Assembly: GCF_009914755.1 (NCBI RefSeq)
Contig: NC_060932.1
Strand: one strand, 5' to 3'
DNA: 64,000 nucleotides
From: the human T2T-CHM13v2.0 reference genome, Homo sapiens
Every line of letters begins with the position of its first letter. Position 1 is the first letter of the stretch. Positions 42,394-59,034 of this stretch are shown in pieces. The translations under genes were made by a program, and so were the position numbers. The notes under the pieces are model-generated. The model saw only the letters and a program-made list of their open reading frames with translations, ran no database searches and was not told the origin of the DNA.

Positions 42394-44041
42394 TGAGAGG
42401 TGACAGCGTGCTGGCAGCCCTGGCAGCCCTCACTCGCTGTCGCGGCCTCCTCAGCCTCAGTGGCCAGAGGCCACTCTGGCCGCGCTTGAGGGGCCTTTCA
42501 GCCCGCCGCCGCACTGTGGGAACCCCTCTCTGAGCTGAACGAGGCCGGAGCCGGCTCCCTCAGCTTGCAGGGAGGTGTGGAGGGAGAGGTGCAGGCAGGA
42601 ACCGGGGCTGCACAGGGTGCTTGCGGGCCAGCGCGAGTTCCGGGTGGGCGTGGGCTCAGCTGGCACACACTGAGAGCAGCTCGCCGGCACCACCCGTCCC
42701 AGGCAGTGAGGGGCTTAGCACCTGGGCCAGCAGCTGCGGAGGGTGCACCGGGTCCCCCAGCAGTTCTGGCTGGCCAGCGCTGCGCTCGAATTCTCGTGGG
42801 GCCTCAGCTGCCTCCCTGCGGGGCAGGGCTGAGGACCTGCAGCCCGCCATGCCTGAGCCTCCCCCACACCGCGGGCTCCTGCGCAGCCCCAGCCTCCCGG
42901 AGGAGCGCCACTGCCTGCTCCTGCTCCACAGCACCAGGTCCCATCAACTGCCCAAGGGCTGAGGAGTGCAGGAGCAGAGCAGGGGACTGGCAGGCAGCTC
43001 CACCTGCAGCCCCGTGCGGTATCCACTGGGTGAAGCCAGCTGGGCTCCTGAGTCTAGTGGGGACTTGGAGAACCTTTATGTCTAGCTAAGGGATTGTAAA
43101 TACACCAATTAGCACTCTGTGTCTAGCTCAAGGTTTGTAAATGCACTAATCAGCACTCTGTATCTAGCTAATCTGGTGGGGCGTTGGAGAACCTTTATGT
43201 CTAGCTAAGGGATTGTAAATACACCAATCAGCACTCTGTGTCTAGCTCAAGGTCTGTAAATGCACCAATCAGCACTCTGTATCTAGCTAATCTGGTGGGG
43301 ACTTGGAGACCCTTTATGTCTAGCTAAGGGATTGTAAATACACCAATCAGCACTCTGTGTCTAGCTCAAGGTTTGTAAATGCACCAATCAGCACCCTGTG
43401 TCTAGCTCAAGGTTTGTAAATGCACCAGTCACTGCTCTGTCTAGCTAATCTAGTGGGGACTTGGAGAACTTTTGTGCCTAGCTCAGGGATTGTAAACTCA
43501 CCAATCAGCACCCTGTCAAAACAGACCAATCAGCTCTCTGTAAAATGGACCAATCAGCAGGATGTGGGTGGGGCCAGAAAAGGGTAAAAAAGCAGGCTGC
43601 CCCAGCCAGCAGTGGCAATCCTCTGGGGTACCATTCCACTCTGTGGAAGATTTGTTCTTTTGCGCTTTGCAATAAATCTTGCTGCTGCTCACTCTTTGGG
43701 TGTGCACTGGCTTTATGAGCTGTAACACTCACTGTGAAGATCTGCAACTTCACTGCTGAGGCCAGCAAGACCAGGATCCCACTGGGACAGGACGGGAGGA
43801 ACGAACAACTCCACACGTGCGGCCTTAAGAGCTGTAACACTCACTGCGAAGGTCTGCAGCTTCACTCCTGAAGCCAGCAAGACTATGAACCCACCAGAAG
43901 GAAGAAACTCCGAACATGTCCGAACATCAGAAGGAACAAACTCTGGACACATCACCTTTAAGAACTGTAACACTCACGGCGAGGGTCTGCGACTTCATTC
44001 TTGAAGTCAGTGAGACCAAGAACCCACCAATTCTGGACACA
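42394..44041 (+). mobile_element. LTR12C (ERV9) solo LTR, ~1.65 kb
   Basis: TGAGAGGTGACAGCGTGCTGGCAG start, GC/CpG-rich U3, tandem CCAAT repeats, AATAAA at 43671, ...AATTCTGGACACA end, and TSD CAAT. Confidence 0.95.
43050..43560 (+). promoter_or_regulatory. LTR12 enhancer array of 119-bp repeats with about eight CCAAT (NF-Y) boxes
   Basis: cctttatg recurs with ends at 43080, 43199 and 43318 (period 119); accaatcagca is repeated. Confidence 0.75.
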
Positions 44042-44439
44042 CAATCACAGCTCACTGTAGCTTCAAGCTCCTGGGTTCAAGGGCTCCTCTTGCCACAGCG
44101 CTAGGACTCCCCAGCCTTTTCTGCATTTTTTCTTCTGTCCTTCCCATTTTTTTGTCCATGGAGATTTTTTTAATTAGTTTCCCTTCTTTTTCCCAATCCA
44201 CAAACTTCCAGTGAACGTGGAGTTCCAGTGGCAGCTCCGATAACTTGTTATTTTCAAACTTGCCATTGAAACTCATGCCATTTTCTGTCTCTCACTAATT
44301 GAAGGTATGAGTCATGTTATTTTGTGTTCTCTTTGTTGATCTTACAGATTTGGAGAAGGCTGTGGTGAGAGATTTAGAAGTAAGGGACAATTATTTTCCT
44401 AGGGCTAACCTGAAAATATGTCTTTTTCAAAAAATTTTT

Positions 44440-46240
44440 GGTAATCTGAGGGGTGTGAAATGGTGTTTCATTATGATTCTGGATCTTCCTAATTAATTAT
44501 ACAATTGAATATCTTCTACGTGTTGATTGAAAATTTAGTTTTTTTCTTACTGAAATGTGTATTTATACTTTTTACCCTTTTTTAATTGGGTTTTTTTTTC
44601 TTACTGTTAATTATCTATATATTCTGAATGCTAATACTGTGATCTATGTCAAAATGTATTCCTTGTATTTGTGGTGCTTTTAATCATTCTCATTATGTTA
44701 GATTCTGATGAAAATATTTTCTTAATCTTAAGGTCATTTTATCAATTTTTATATCAATTTTACAATTTTGTGTACCTTACTAAAAATTTCTTTCTTTCCC
44801 CAATGCCATAGAGATATTCTCTTTTATTTTTTGTGAAGTTAAAATTTTGCCTCTCAGATTTAATTCCTATATCTATCTGGAATTGATTTTCATATATGAT
44901 ATGAGATCAGAATCCATACTCATTTTTAATCCAAGGGTAGCCACTTGGTACCGCACCACTTACTGAATATGTCCTCACTTCTCACTAATGTTTCTTGCAG
45001 CTCTTTCAAATAGGATATTTCCATATATGAGCCCTTTTTCTTGTGGCTTTCTATTCTATTCTATTGTCTTAATTACTAAAAGCTTTATATCAGGGTATCC
45101 AATCTCTTGGCTTCCCTGGGCCACATTGAAAAAAGAAGAAGTGTCTTGGGCCACACATAAAATACACTAACACTAAGAATAGCTGACGAGCTAAAAAAAA
45201 AAATAACAAAAAAACTCATAATATTTTAAGAAAGTCTATGAATTTGTATGGGACCACAGTCAAAGCCATCCTGGGCTGCGTGCCTCCCACAAGCTGCAGG
45301 TTGGACAAGTTTGCTTTATAGGAAGGGTTGCTAACTGGAACATCAAGCCACCCTACCATGTTCCTCTTGGCCATCAGCTTTACCAGTTTAATTTTAAAAT
45401 CAGCTGTTGATGCCACAAAGAAGCACTACTAAGCTCTTCATTGGCACTACAATAAGTATATCATTTGTGGGAAGTACTGACCTATCAATATTACTGAATC
45501 TTTCTACACCTGAGAATGTTTGTTGTCTCCACTCTTTAATAACTATCTGTAAGTCTTCTAATTATCATTACAACACAATGCACAACTTGTTAGACTTCTT
45601 TACCTTTTCTTCTCTTTGGAAGAGCAATTTTTCTTTATATTCATTCCCATTTACTACATAGAGTATTTGCAAAAAAAAGTAATATGGCAGTTTTATCCTT
45701 TCTGATCTTTATCTTTTTCTTATGTTATTGTCTTGATTGTACTTTTCAATACAATTTTGAAGTTGCTGCCATTTATGTCTATTCATGTTTTTAAATGGAA
45801 TGCTTCTAACAATTAATGCTTACAGTGTATTTTTGAGATGTTCTTTATTTAGTTAGGATGTTTCATTTTTCCTAGAATTCTAACAGCCTTTCTTAAATTC
45901 TAGAGAAATGTTGCATTTTACATGGAATGTTTTTTTCTGCCAATACTGAAATAATCACCTTTTTCTTTTTAATCGGCTTATGTCCTAAATTATATCAACA
46001 CTTTAAAAATCTTGGACTAATTATATTACTGAAACGAACCTATTATGATCATGTTATATATGTATGTATATATGGCATTCAACTTGAGTTTTCAATGCTT
46101 TGTTTATAATTTTTATATACATTTATATGAGATGTTGTCTTGTAAATTTCCTTGCCTCGTACTGTTATTGTTTATTTTAATATCAAAATGTTACTGGCCT
46201 GAGAAAGTAAGTTAGATAGTGTTCCTTCTTTTGCATTCCC
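44440..46240 (-). mobile_element. Highly diverged L1ME-type ORF2 remnants, interrupted by MER30
   Basis: T-rich stretch with tctatctggaattgattttcatatatgatatgag, gcaccacttactgaat and gatagtgttccttctttt. Confidence 0.55.
45091..45313 (+). mobile_element. MER30 hAT MITE
   Basis: cagggtatccaatctcttggcttccctgggccacattg...ggttggacaagtttg, with 8-bp TSD ctttatat / ctttatag. Confidence 0.9.
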
Positions 46241-46518
46241 TAAATGACTCCATGGGCCTTTGGAACCACCCAAATTACATTTATAAACGGAACACTAGGT
46301 TTGATTGAAGAGCATATGTCAAAACTTTTTCTGAAACTCTTCTTTCCCACTTAGGTCTTCTAGAGTCTTTTGCCAAAGCATTTTGTTTCTCTTTATTGTT
46401 CTGTGTCTTATCCTGTGTTTCCAATAAAATGAGTAAAAAAAAAAATTTTGTCCAAGGCTACACCAACCTCCAAAATAAGTAAACAATATTTTGTTAGGTA
46501 AGAACTAAATTTTAATTA

Positions 46519-46686
46519 TTGCTATGAGTTGAGTTGTGTTCCCATGAAAAGATATTAACATGGGGAAGTACTGCCCCCCAGTATCTGCTAATATGGTAAT
46601 ACTATTTGGAGGTAGGATCTTTGCTGATGTGATCAAGTTAAGATTAGGTCATTAGGGTGGACCCTGATCCAATATGACTGGTGTCT

Positions 46687-46717
<31 letters not shown>

Positions 46718-47488
46718 TTTTTGAGACAGAGTCTCACTCTGTCGCCCAGGCTAGAGTGCAGTGGTGCAATCTCGGCTACTGAAAGCTCCACCTCCCGGGT
46801 TCATGCCATTCTCCTGTCTCAGCCTCCCGAGTAGCTGGGACTATAGGCACCCGTCCCCACGCCCAGCTAATTTTTTTTTTTTGACCAGAGGCCCAAAAGA
46901 TATGATTTAATAAGAAAAATAGAAACACTAATGACAGGTTAACTGCTAAATTATGGCTACTGCTGACTTTAACTTTCATAACAATAGTGAATTTTTTTAT
47001 TATTATTATACTTTAAGTTTTAGGGTACATGTGCAAGAACGTGCAGGTTTGTTACATATGTATACATGTGCAGAGACGGGGTTTCACCATGTTAACCCAG
47101 GATGGTCTCGATCTCCTGACCTTGTGATCTGCCCGCCTTGGCCTCCCAAAGTGCTGGGATTACAGGTGTGAGCCACCGCTCCGGGCCATGGTGTCCTTAT
47201 CTTTAAAAGGGCAGTTTGAACAAAGACCGAGAGTGAGAATGCTGTCCTACAGCAGAGGCAGGGACTGAGGCACTGCAGCTGCAAGCCAGGGAAACCAAGG
47301 GTTGCCGGGAAACCACCAGAAACTAGGAAAAGCAAAGGATTCTCTCCTCCAAGGTCCTGAGGAAGCGTGGCCCTGCTGACACCTTGATTCCAGACTTCCA
47401 GACTCCAGAACTGTGGGATGATAAACTTCTGATGTCTTAAGCCACTCAGTGTGTGGTCTGTTGTTACAACAGCCTAGAAAACTAATAT
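46519..47488 (+). mobile_element. MLT1C-like LTR interrupted by a composite AluY/L1 insertion
   Basis: tgctatgagttgagttgtgttccc...ccaatatgactggtgtc, then the insertion, then ggtgtccttat...ttgttacaacagcctagaaaactaata. Confidence 0.82.
46686..47187 (-). mobile_element. AluY whose linker carries a short L1 3' end plus unique DNA
   Basis: Alu right arm 46686-46870, T12, unique sequence 46883-46991, L1PA 3' end 46992-47071, Alu left arm 47072-47187. Alu TSD tggtgtcttt / tggtgtcctt. Confidence 0.9.
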
Positions 47489-50400
47489 AATTATGACCTT
47501 CCATTGACTTTATGCTAAATTCACTCCTAATTTTTAAAACAGTTTGCCTGCCAAAAATGAGACTATTGTCCTAAACCTTACACCTGCTTATTTTTAGTAT
47601 AATGTAATTTTAATGTATCTTTGAAGAGACCATTCAATTAATTTTTTAATAGGCTTGATTTTGTACAGCAGTTTTAGGTTCACAGCAAAACTGAGTGAAA
47701 GGTACAGAGACTTATCATACACCCCTGCATTACTTCTTTAAAATAAGTTAAAAAAAAAGATATATTGATCTCTGAATGGTTAGAATTAAATTATGCAGAA
47801 TATGAGAAATAATAATAATGGAAATCAGAAAGTTACATAGGGTCAGATTTATGTCTATGAACTATAAGAGTCCAGAAAAAAATAGTACTTAGAAGTTTTA
47901 GAAGTTAGAACATTGAACTTTCCCAGAGAGTATAATCCTGGCTTTGTTAATTTCAGTTCTTCATCATTGATCTTTTTCTCATGTCTTAAATAATTCAGCT
48001 AAACATTAACTATTCCTATCCTTATTGTTCCATATTACTTTACCATGGCTCACCACAGCAGCTCCAAGAAATGTTGGGAGTCTTCGTGCATATCCTATAT
48101 AAGTAACTTATTAATCATGTAGAGCCTATGTTTGGAAAAATAAATCCTCTCCACTTTCCTTAGAGGGAAGTCTGAGATCCATAAGCTCTCAAAACATTTC
48201 TTATTAATTCATCTGCATTACTCTGGAGAATGTCAATTCTATTTTTTTTAACTTTTTCAATCGTAGACATTGTAGCTCTTCTTTTGTGGTTATAATTGGT
48301 CATTAGTAAGATTATAAAGCAGCTTCTGTATTAATAGCTTTGGTATGTCATTTCACTTGTCAACTTTCGCCCCCAAACCATTTGTTCCATACCTTAAAAT
48401 GATAATCCAATACAAAGCGGCATGGTTTTATGACAGCAAAGACATCTGTAATCTGAGATGGCATCCGAGGGCATTGTCCCTGAAAGTGAGAATGACAATA
48501 CACACCAAGCCCCTTTCTGTTGTGTGCAGCAGCAAATACAAAGGGCGCTGGTAACTTTGGCCAGAATTCCCCTAAATGCAGACAACATGAAAGAGTACCG
48601 CCCAAAGCAGGGCTGCAAACTGCCATCATAAAATCTCCTGGCTTTGTTAATGTACCATCTAACTGTGTTTAAATTTACCTTTTAACCTTTTCCATGATTG
48701 CAAACCAAAAACACACATGGAATAATAAGAGTAAACAGTCTAGCTATATTTTAAAAAAAGTGGTGCTTTTGTCGGTATTTTGATATACAGAGAGTTGAAA
48801 GAAAAGATTTGCAGACCTTGAAATGAACTATTTCTTGCCACAGAGACCACAGTGTCAAGCCATATCTAATTTCATAATGACAGTTTGACTTAAAGTTGGC
48901 TTTAGAAGGAAGGATAATAATAATAACAACTTTCATTCAGCTGGATCATTCACAGAGACACAAGGGCAGAGGTCCTGTATGGAATCTTTTCAGGGTTATA
49001 CATGCTCACCTGATTGAGAGAGTGCAAGATAGATATGCAGCAATGTATGGTGTTAATGAAACAAATAAAAATCCTTCCCCAAAACACAAAGGAAAGGTGC
49101 TTTGTGATAAAGTGTCCTTGTGGAAAAGCTTTCTGAGAGACATCTGGATTTTCAGAGCAAATATGATCATTTAGTAGCTTTTAGAGAAAAAATATATTTG
49201 AAACATGTCCTTTGGCAAAAAAGGCAAAATGCCCTTGTGTACTCTCACACAGAACAAAATTTCCTCTGCCTCAGGATGACTGCATCAATTTAAGGGAAGT
49301 AAATGACATTTTACATCAGAGAAATTAAAACAATGAAAACATCCTACCCCACTAGCATGATTAGTCAGATCAGACACATGGTACAAAATAATCTTATGGT
49401 TACCAGCACTGAAATAAAGGTGAATGACAAAAAAAAAAATCTTATGGTTAATTTGTCATTAACAACACCAGACAGAAAAATTGTTTCTTTACTTGAAAGA
49501 AAATTTTCCCAGAATACTTTTTATTAAAAGCTATCTCGGGACTCTAGATATCTAATTTCCTCAAAAATCTTAAGGACATCACATTTTTGTAAAAATAAAT
49601 TCTTCTACAATTAAAAACGTATGCATTTTAGAAAACTATATATAAAGCTCTATGTTAACAAACATCTCTGTAACAGAAATAGCACAGAAAAGTAAACAAA
49701 TGGGAAAAATAACTCAAGCGACTTTTGTTTTTAAACAAGTATATAATACTATTCATTTTTTGCTTTTATGGGAGGAGGAACTTTTCTTTCTACTACTACT
49801 TTAAAGGAGGAAAATAATCTAAGCTATTTATATAAGATTTTACATAGAACTAAAATGTGATAGTCATCAAATTTTCAAAAGCAGAGTACAGAATATAGAA
49901 CTCTGTAATTATGTCTAGTAATAAAAATAATCATCTATACTTTGTTTTTTGATTAGAGGAAAAAGGAAAGAAGGGATATAAATATAAGGAAAAAATTAAG
50001 AAACAGAATAAAATCAAAGAAGGCAGAGACATCAACAATAAGACAGAGATAAGTCCAGGCAGTCATTGAGACTGAGATAGACTTCCACATAAGAAAAGAG
50101 ACAGGTCCATATCCAATAAAAATTCACATGTATTGAACAATAGCATATTTGAACAATACTTACAGCATGACAGCTATTAACAATTATATCATTTTTTAAC
50201 TCCAGTGGAGAAATTTGCTTTCTCCACTGGTTACATACAGTAACCCTTTGAAATCCTGGGCCTGAGACATATTCCCCTTTTATTTAAAAGATTGACTAAA
50301 TAAACATCAAGTGTTAAAGACACACAGTCTCCAGGTGAGACTCCCTACATCATAACCACAGAAGCAGAAAAATAGCTAAAAAGGAAAAAAAAAAAACACT

Positions 50401-50693
50401 TTCCACTGTGTAGGACAATGTCATTAAATGTTATGTTTACACACTACATAAGATTAGTTAGCATACATTCTGGGGTAAGTAATCTACAGTAATAAATCAT
50501 GCTTTTAATTTCTGATTGAGAAATTAAAGATTAACTTTCCATTCAATCCACATATTCCTAAGGATTCCCTGAGTTTTCTAGCCACCAATCTAGACTAAAA
50601 AACGACTAATTAACAGCCCCTGATTTAAAGAGCATAGGCCAGTCAGAAGGCATAAACAGATATTTAAAACATAAACTACGTTTTTATACCATG

Positions 50694-51053
50694 TGATATG
50701 GTTTGGCTGTGTCCTTGCCCAAATCTCATCTTGAATTGTAGCTCCCATAATTCCCATGTGTTGTGGAGGGGATCTGGTGGAAGATAACTGAATCATAGGG
50801 TGGTTTCCCCATACTGTTCTCCTGGTACTGAGTAAGTCTCACAAGAGCTAATGGTTTTATAAGGGGTTTCTCCTTTCACTTGGCTCTCATTCTCTCTTGC
50901 CTGCCACCAGGTAAGACATGCCTTTCACCTTCCACCATGATTGTGAGGCCTCCCAGCCGAGTGGAACTGTAAGTTCATTAAACCTCTTTTTCTTTATAAA
51001 TTACCCAATCTCCAGTATGTGTTTATCAAGCAGCATGAAAATGGACTAATAGA
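50694..51053 (+). mobile_element. THE1C/B solo LTR
   Basis: tgatatggtttggctgtgtcc...gtagctcccataattccc...ggactaataga, with perfect 5-bp TSD CCATG. Confidence 0.92.
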
Positions 51054-51148
51054 CCATGGTATTGATATAAAAGCAGATAACGAATAAAAGAATAGCTCTC
51101 CATTGGTGGAATTCAAGACATTTAACAGAAATGTTGGGTGATTCATTC

Positions 51149-51441
<293 letters not shown>

Positions 51442-51483
51442 AGGTGATTTATTCTAAGCTTCAGAAATCACACCCCTATGTCA

Positions 51484-51908
<425 letters not shown>

Positions 51909-54900
51909 TCAGCCAAGTGACAAGCATTTTATTTCTATTATTCTATTTAATCAACTGTATACACTTGATTTATAAATTTCATTTATGTCCTCAAAACTGC
52001 AAAACTATTTTGGCTTGATGCTCTGACTTTTTTTCCAGTCTTATGAAGTCCATTACGATGTGAGAGCTTCTCCACTCAAATCTGATTTCCCACTGTTCTA
52101 CTCTTTCACAGTCAGAGATGAACTAAGCTTATCCTTCATTCAGCAAAGGAAGCCTATAGTTAAGACCTCCTCAACTGTCCACAACAAACCATGCCACTGC
52201 ATAGATCTCATAATTACCACCCACTCTTACAATTCTCCCTTTTAGACAACATTCTAAACTGATGAAAATTATGCAGTTATAAAAATGAGCAGTCTTCATT
52301 TCGTTTCTCCAGCTCATAAGTCCCAATAGGGCCTGCTGCACTGAAATTTAAAAGCAATGTTAACTATGGTAATAGAGCCATGTTTTGTTTCCAGGTGGGC
52401 ATGCTCCAGTGAGGGGCTATAAGGAGGTCTCATTTTGTATGCCAGGTCCCATCAAGTAGAGTAACTGCTGGCTGTCATGAGAGCCATGTCTAGAAGAAGT
52501 CAGAGATTGCCTCTATGTTCGGTAGGAAAAAATCCTGAGAGAGTTTAGTAGTGTTTGTCACAGATGCAGTAGGGGAGACTGGTCTCACAATTGCTAGATT
52601 TTTGCCGGTTCTAAGCCAGTGAGTGCTTCATCATTCACTACAGTATCAGTTGCATACCTTTTATTAAGGAAATAGGTGGAATAAAGTAGATATAATACAT
52701 ATTTATGAATTAACGTAATTACTAATTGAATGAATACATGAATATTACGGTAAAAAGATGTTTCTATTTCAAAACCGCTAAAAATGTTTTTGTTGTTTTT
52801 ATTTTCACCTTAAATATGTTTTCAAGTTTTACCAAATGTCATTTTGGTATACTCTGAGATGACTGAATGGGTTTTATAACTGTATATTCTAATATAATGC
52901 CCTATATTGATACTAACTCAGTTTTATATTCTGGACTTATATTAATTATTCCTCCTTAATCATGTTGCACTATTCTTAAACTATTCATGATTTGACTGAC
53001 AAGCATTTTTTAATGTTATTCCCTATAAAAAATGACTTCAGGGTTAACATTACAGATCCTTTCTTAAGGTTTATACCAGAGGCATGCTAATTTCAGCTAA
53101 TAAATCAAGTAGGTTATCATCTTTTTATATATTCCATAATACTGTATAATGTGCTCTTTAAAATTTGAAATATTTTGTCTAGCTAGAACTCAGAAACTAT
53201 TAAAAGTAATTTTTCAATGATTTCAAATTGATGTAGGCTCTGTTTTGATATTGGCTTTCTTATTATTCGAAGACCAAATAGAAAATTATTCAATTACTAT
53301 TATTTTCAAGCTATCTTTATAAAAACACAAACAGTAACTTCTTAGAAATCTGGTTTTTTTATGTTTTTGTAACTTAACTTTCAGTTTGGGAATATATTAA
53401 TCAGTCTTTTTTTCAACTTTTTACTTTATTAACTTTCGCTTTTCTATTTATTCTTTCCAACTTGAGTTAGACACTTAATGTAAGTGAAAAATATCTGCTA
53501 TGCTCATCCTGTGAGATTTTTGGTTGTTGATTACCATAATCTCGCATATCTAGACTGATACAGGTTTCAAATACATACATTCTACTTCCTAAGTGAGATG
53601 TTCTGCAGATGAGTACATTGGTACTGGTTCTGTTCATTAAATGTGAGGACTCAAGTCTTTCTTCAATTTTATAACTCTTCTATTGCTAACCCTTCAAACT
53701 GGGTCTCTCTCTCTCATTCCTGTTTTCTACCTCTTGGAACTTCTATAAATATTTGATGTTTTCAATCTTTTCTCCCTATCTCTAAATCTCCCTTATTATT
53801 TATTATTCTCATCTGTCTGTACTACACACTGAGTGAATTCTTCAGATTTATCTTCCAGTTCACTATTTTTTTAATTCAGCTATTTCTAGTATGCTGTTTC
53901 ACTAGCTACTGAGATCTTAATTTAAATTATATATATCATGTCTTGAAATTCAGTTTTTCAAATACCTGTATTTTTACCTTTTCCTTTTAACATGGTTTCT
54001 ATTCATTCTCTTACTTAATTTAATGTTAAATGCACAGAGTCTCTCTTATTGTTTTAATCTCCCTAAGTTCCATTTTAATTTTGTTTTGTTTTGTTGCTTT
54101 TCATTTATTCTCATTGCTGACTATCTTGCAGCTACATATTTGCTGAAATGAATTTTAACTTGCATGTGTGAGAAGGAGAGAACTTCTTGGGAGTTTGGTT
54201 TGTCATTCCCGTGATTGTCTGTATGCACCAGGTCGTAAAAGAATGCCTAGAGAGTGATTTGACATGTGCTTGTGCGAGGATTTCAGGGGTTTCATGTGCC
54301 CCTGGGCTGTTTTTCATGTTAATTTATCTTCTTTTCTTTCCAGCACCATGATGTTTGAGTAAATTCAGATTCTTTTCCTGTGTAACACAGGCTGGGATTC
54401 GAATTTCAAAAATTTTCCTGTTTCATTTCAGCCTCGGTCCCTGATGTTTACTTGAGAAACCATATTGCTGCTTCCTCTTTCCTGATGGGAAGGCATTTTC
54501 TAGTTCCCTTCATCCTTGCAGAGATGAGGCAGGATTTCAGGCTTTCTGCAGAGAACTCTGTTTCAGGCCTCTGACTAGGTGGATTCTGTATCCCCTTACC
54601 CTGTGTGGGTACTAAAACCTCAACTTCTGATCCCTCAGAGCAATGTCTATGACTGATAATCATGGGCCAAGAAAGCACATTCATTCCTGATTTCTCCCTG
54701 GCTTTTAAGTTTCCTTGTCCTTTGTGACATATAAGAATTGCCCATTTGTTTGAGCTTCTTTATGTTTAAAGCCATTCTTTATAGTTTTACTTTTTGTTCA
54801 ATGGTTCTATGTATTTTTTAGCAAAAAGGAAGCTCATTTTACTGAACTTATTATTTGCCAAGAAATTCTCAAACTGCCAGTGAAAAGAGGCTATTAGTCA

Positions 54901-55787
54901 AATGCCTTATAAAACACATCATTCTCTGTTTAAAGTAGCTTTTATGTCACATTTCCCCATAATGGAACAGGCAAGAAAAACAAAGAAAAGGTTTTAATAT
55001 TATATATAGCACAAATGTTTATATATTTTAATTCATTTTCAATTATTATTTCAGGTAATTAAAAATACAAAATAAGCTAATGACTTCACTGGCTATGGAA
55101 GCCATGCCCCCCCCACCAAAAAAAAATTCCATTCTAGCTAAAAAATGTTATGAAGTACCAATCATTGTTAATGAGAAAATGAGGATATAGGCCAAACTAT
55201 CCAAATGTTGCAAAGAACATCTGGCATTATGCAAAATGAAAGTAAATGTTGACTCAATTCACTCTTTAAAAACATTCTAAACTGATTCAAACTAGTTTTT
55301 GTCTGCCTTAGGCTCATAAGTATTTGCAAAGGAGAATATTTTAGAGCCATTTAAAAGCATTCAGTAAGTTTCCTGTGGCAACCAATGAATAATATGCCCA
55401 GGGAAGTGGAAACTCAGATAGATCATGCAATTTGCCTAAGATCACAAAGTTAATTACTAGGAACCCAAAAAAGCACCTAGGTAGTATTTTCAGCACATTT
55501 TCTGAAATTCTCCGCCTTCTCCATATTAATTCTGGATGAAATAAGTACAAATATTAATTCATAAATATCTTTATTATAATTTATAAAGCCTTTAAAATAT
55601 TTTCTGGGTATTCTATAAATTTGCATGATAACAGTTATGGCTCTCTTCACACAAAAACATAAAGCACATTGACTGCTTTCCTCATTTCTAGCCAAGAAGT
55701 GATGTGGATTCAGGTTCTCTGAGGATCGCTATTTGTTTAATGAGGTGACAAGCCGACCTCACTAAATGGCATAAAGCACAGATTTTC

Positions 55788-57877
<2,090 letters not shown>

Positions 57878-58619
57878 TCAACAGCAACAGTGGTGCCATT
57901 TCTATTGTGAGGTTAGGAGAAATTGATTGGCATAAAAATTAATATCAAAGTTCCTCAATTTTAATGTAAAGAGAAGATTAGAGAGTACACTATTGGGAGT
58001 AGTCTCACTTACAGCCATTTGAAAATATATTTCCTGAGCAAAAGAAAATACTGAGTTACATGTCACTGACCATGAATTTTACTTAATTTAAAGCCAGTCT
58101 CCTGTGTTTTCATTCTGAAGTATACATTTTATGTGAATGTCATGCCGCTCTGAAATGAAAAGGAAAGAATTGCTACCTATAGAAAGACAGGTTTCCACCT
58201 TTACTTAGAGAATGTTTTTTCTTTAATTTTCCTGAATTTTAATTTCCTAAATTTCCATAATTGGAGACCAATGCAGATTCACTTACACATGGCACTCAGA
58301 TGTGCGCATAGACTTAGCATCCAGGCAGTCTGCTAAGTTCTTGACATACTTTAAATTATTTCATCTTCTCAGTAAACTGATGAGACACATACAATGATCG
58401 TCATATTCGGGATGAGAAGTATGAGACTAAGAACAAGTACAAAAGGCTCCACAGTGAGAAGGAAATGAAGAGAGCACGTGTAACACCATGGTCTGACATC
58501 AGAGCCTTTATTGCTGTATTGCCAAGTGCTGGGTTATGCTGTTTCTCATAGTCTCCTTCTATGCTAAAGCTGAAGCAAAACAGAAAATAAAAACAAACAT
58601 TGGCAGTTGCGTAATAGCA

Positions 58620-59034
58620 GTGCACCACCCTTCAAAGATGTCCATGACCTAATCTTTGGAACCTGTGAATATGTCACCTTACGTGGCAAAAGAGATTTTG
58701 CCAATGTGATTCACCAAAGGATATCAAGAGGGGAAGACCATTGTGCATTATCTGGGTGGGCCCAATGTAATCACAAGAGTTCTTAAAAGTGGAAAAGGGA
58801 ATAGGAGAGTGAAAAGAAGGGGCCCCAGCGAAGGAGTGTGGGCAGCCTCTAGAAGGGGGAAAGACAGGGAAACAAATCATCCCATGAAGCCTCCTGAAAG
58901 GGCACAGCCCTGATTTTAGCCCAGCAAGACCAATTTCCGACTCCTGACCTCTGAAGTACAAGACATTAAATCTGTCTTTTTTTAAGGCATCTATTTTATG
59001 GTAATTCATTACAGCAGTCGCAGGAAATAATATA
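58620..59034 (+). mobile_element. MLT1D-like LTR
   Basis: caaagatgtccatgacctaatc..ggaacctgtgaatatgtcaccttacgtggcaaaagaga...atctgggtgggcccaatgtaatcacaag. Confidence 0.85.

Larger units (their letters stand above)
42328..44107 (-). mobile_element. Old Alu monomer (AluJ/FLAM-like) split by LTR12C; pieces at 42328-42393 and 44042-44107
   Basis: gagacagggtctcact...gcagtggtgcaat continues after the LTR as caatcacagctcactgtagcttcaagctcctgggttcaag. Confidence 0.85.

Noticed and set aside
42320-44104. GC-rich ORFs up to 174 aa and a CpG-island-like region
   Set aside because: Within or overlapping LTR12C; not a host gene or host promoter.
48345-48629. Three overlapping ORFs in a non-repetitive, slightly GC-richer patch
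   Set aside because: No recognisable protein similarity, and no in-phase splice sites that I could support. A regulatory role cannot be judged without conservation data.
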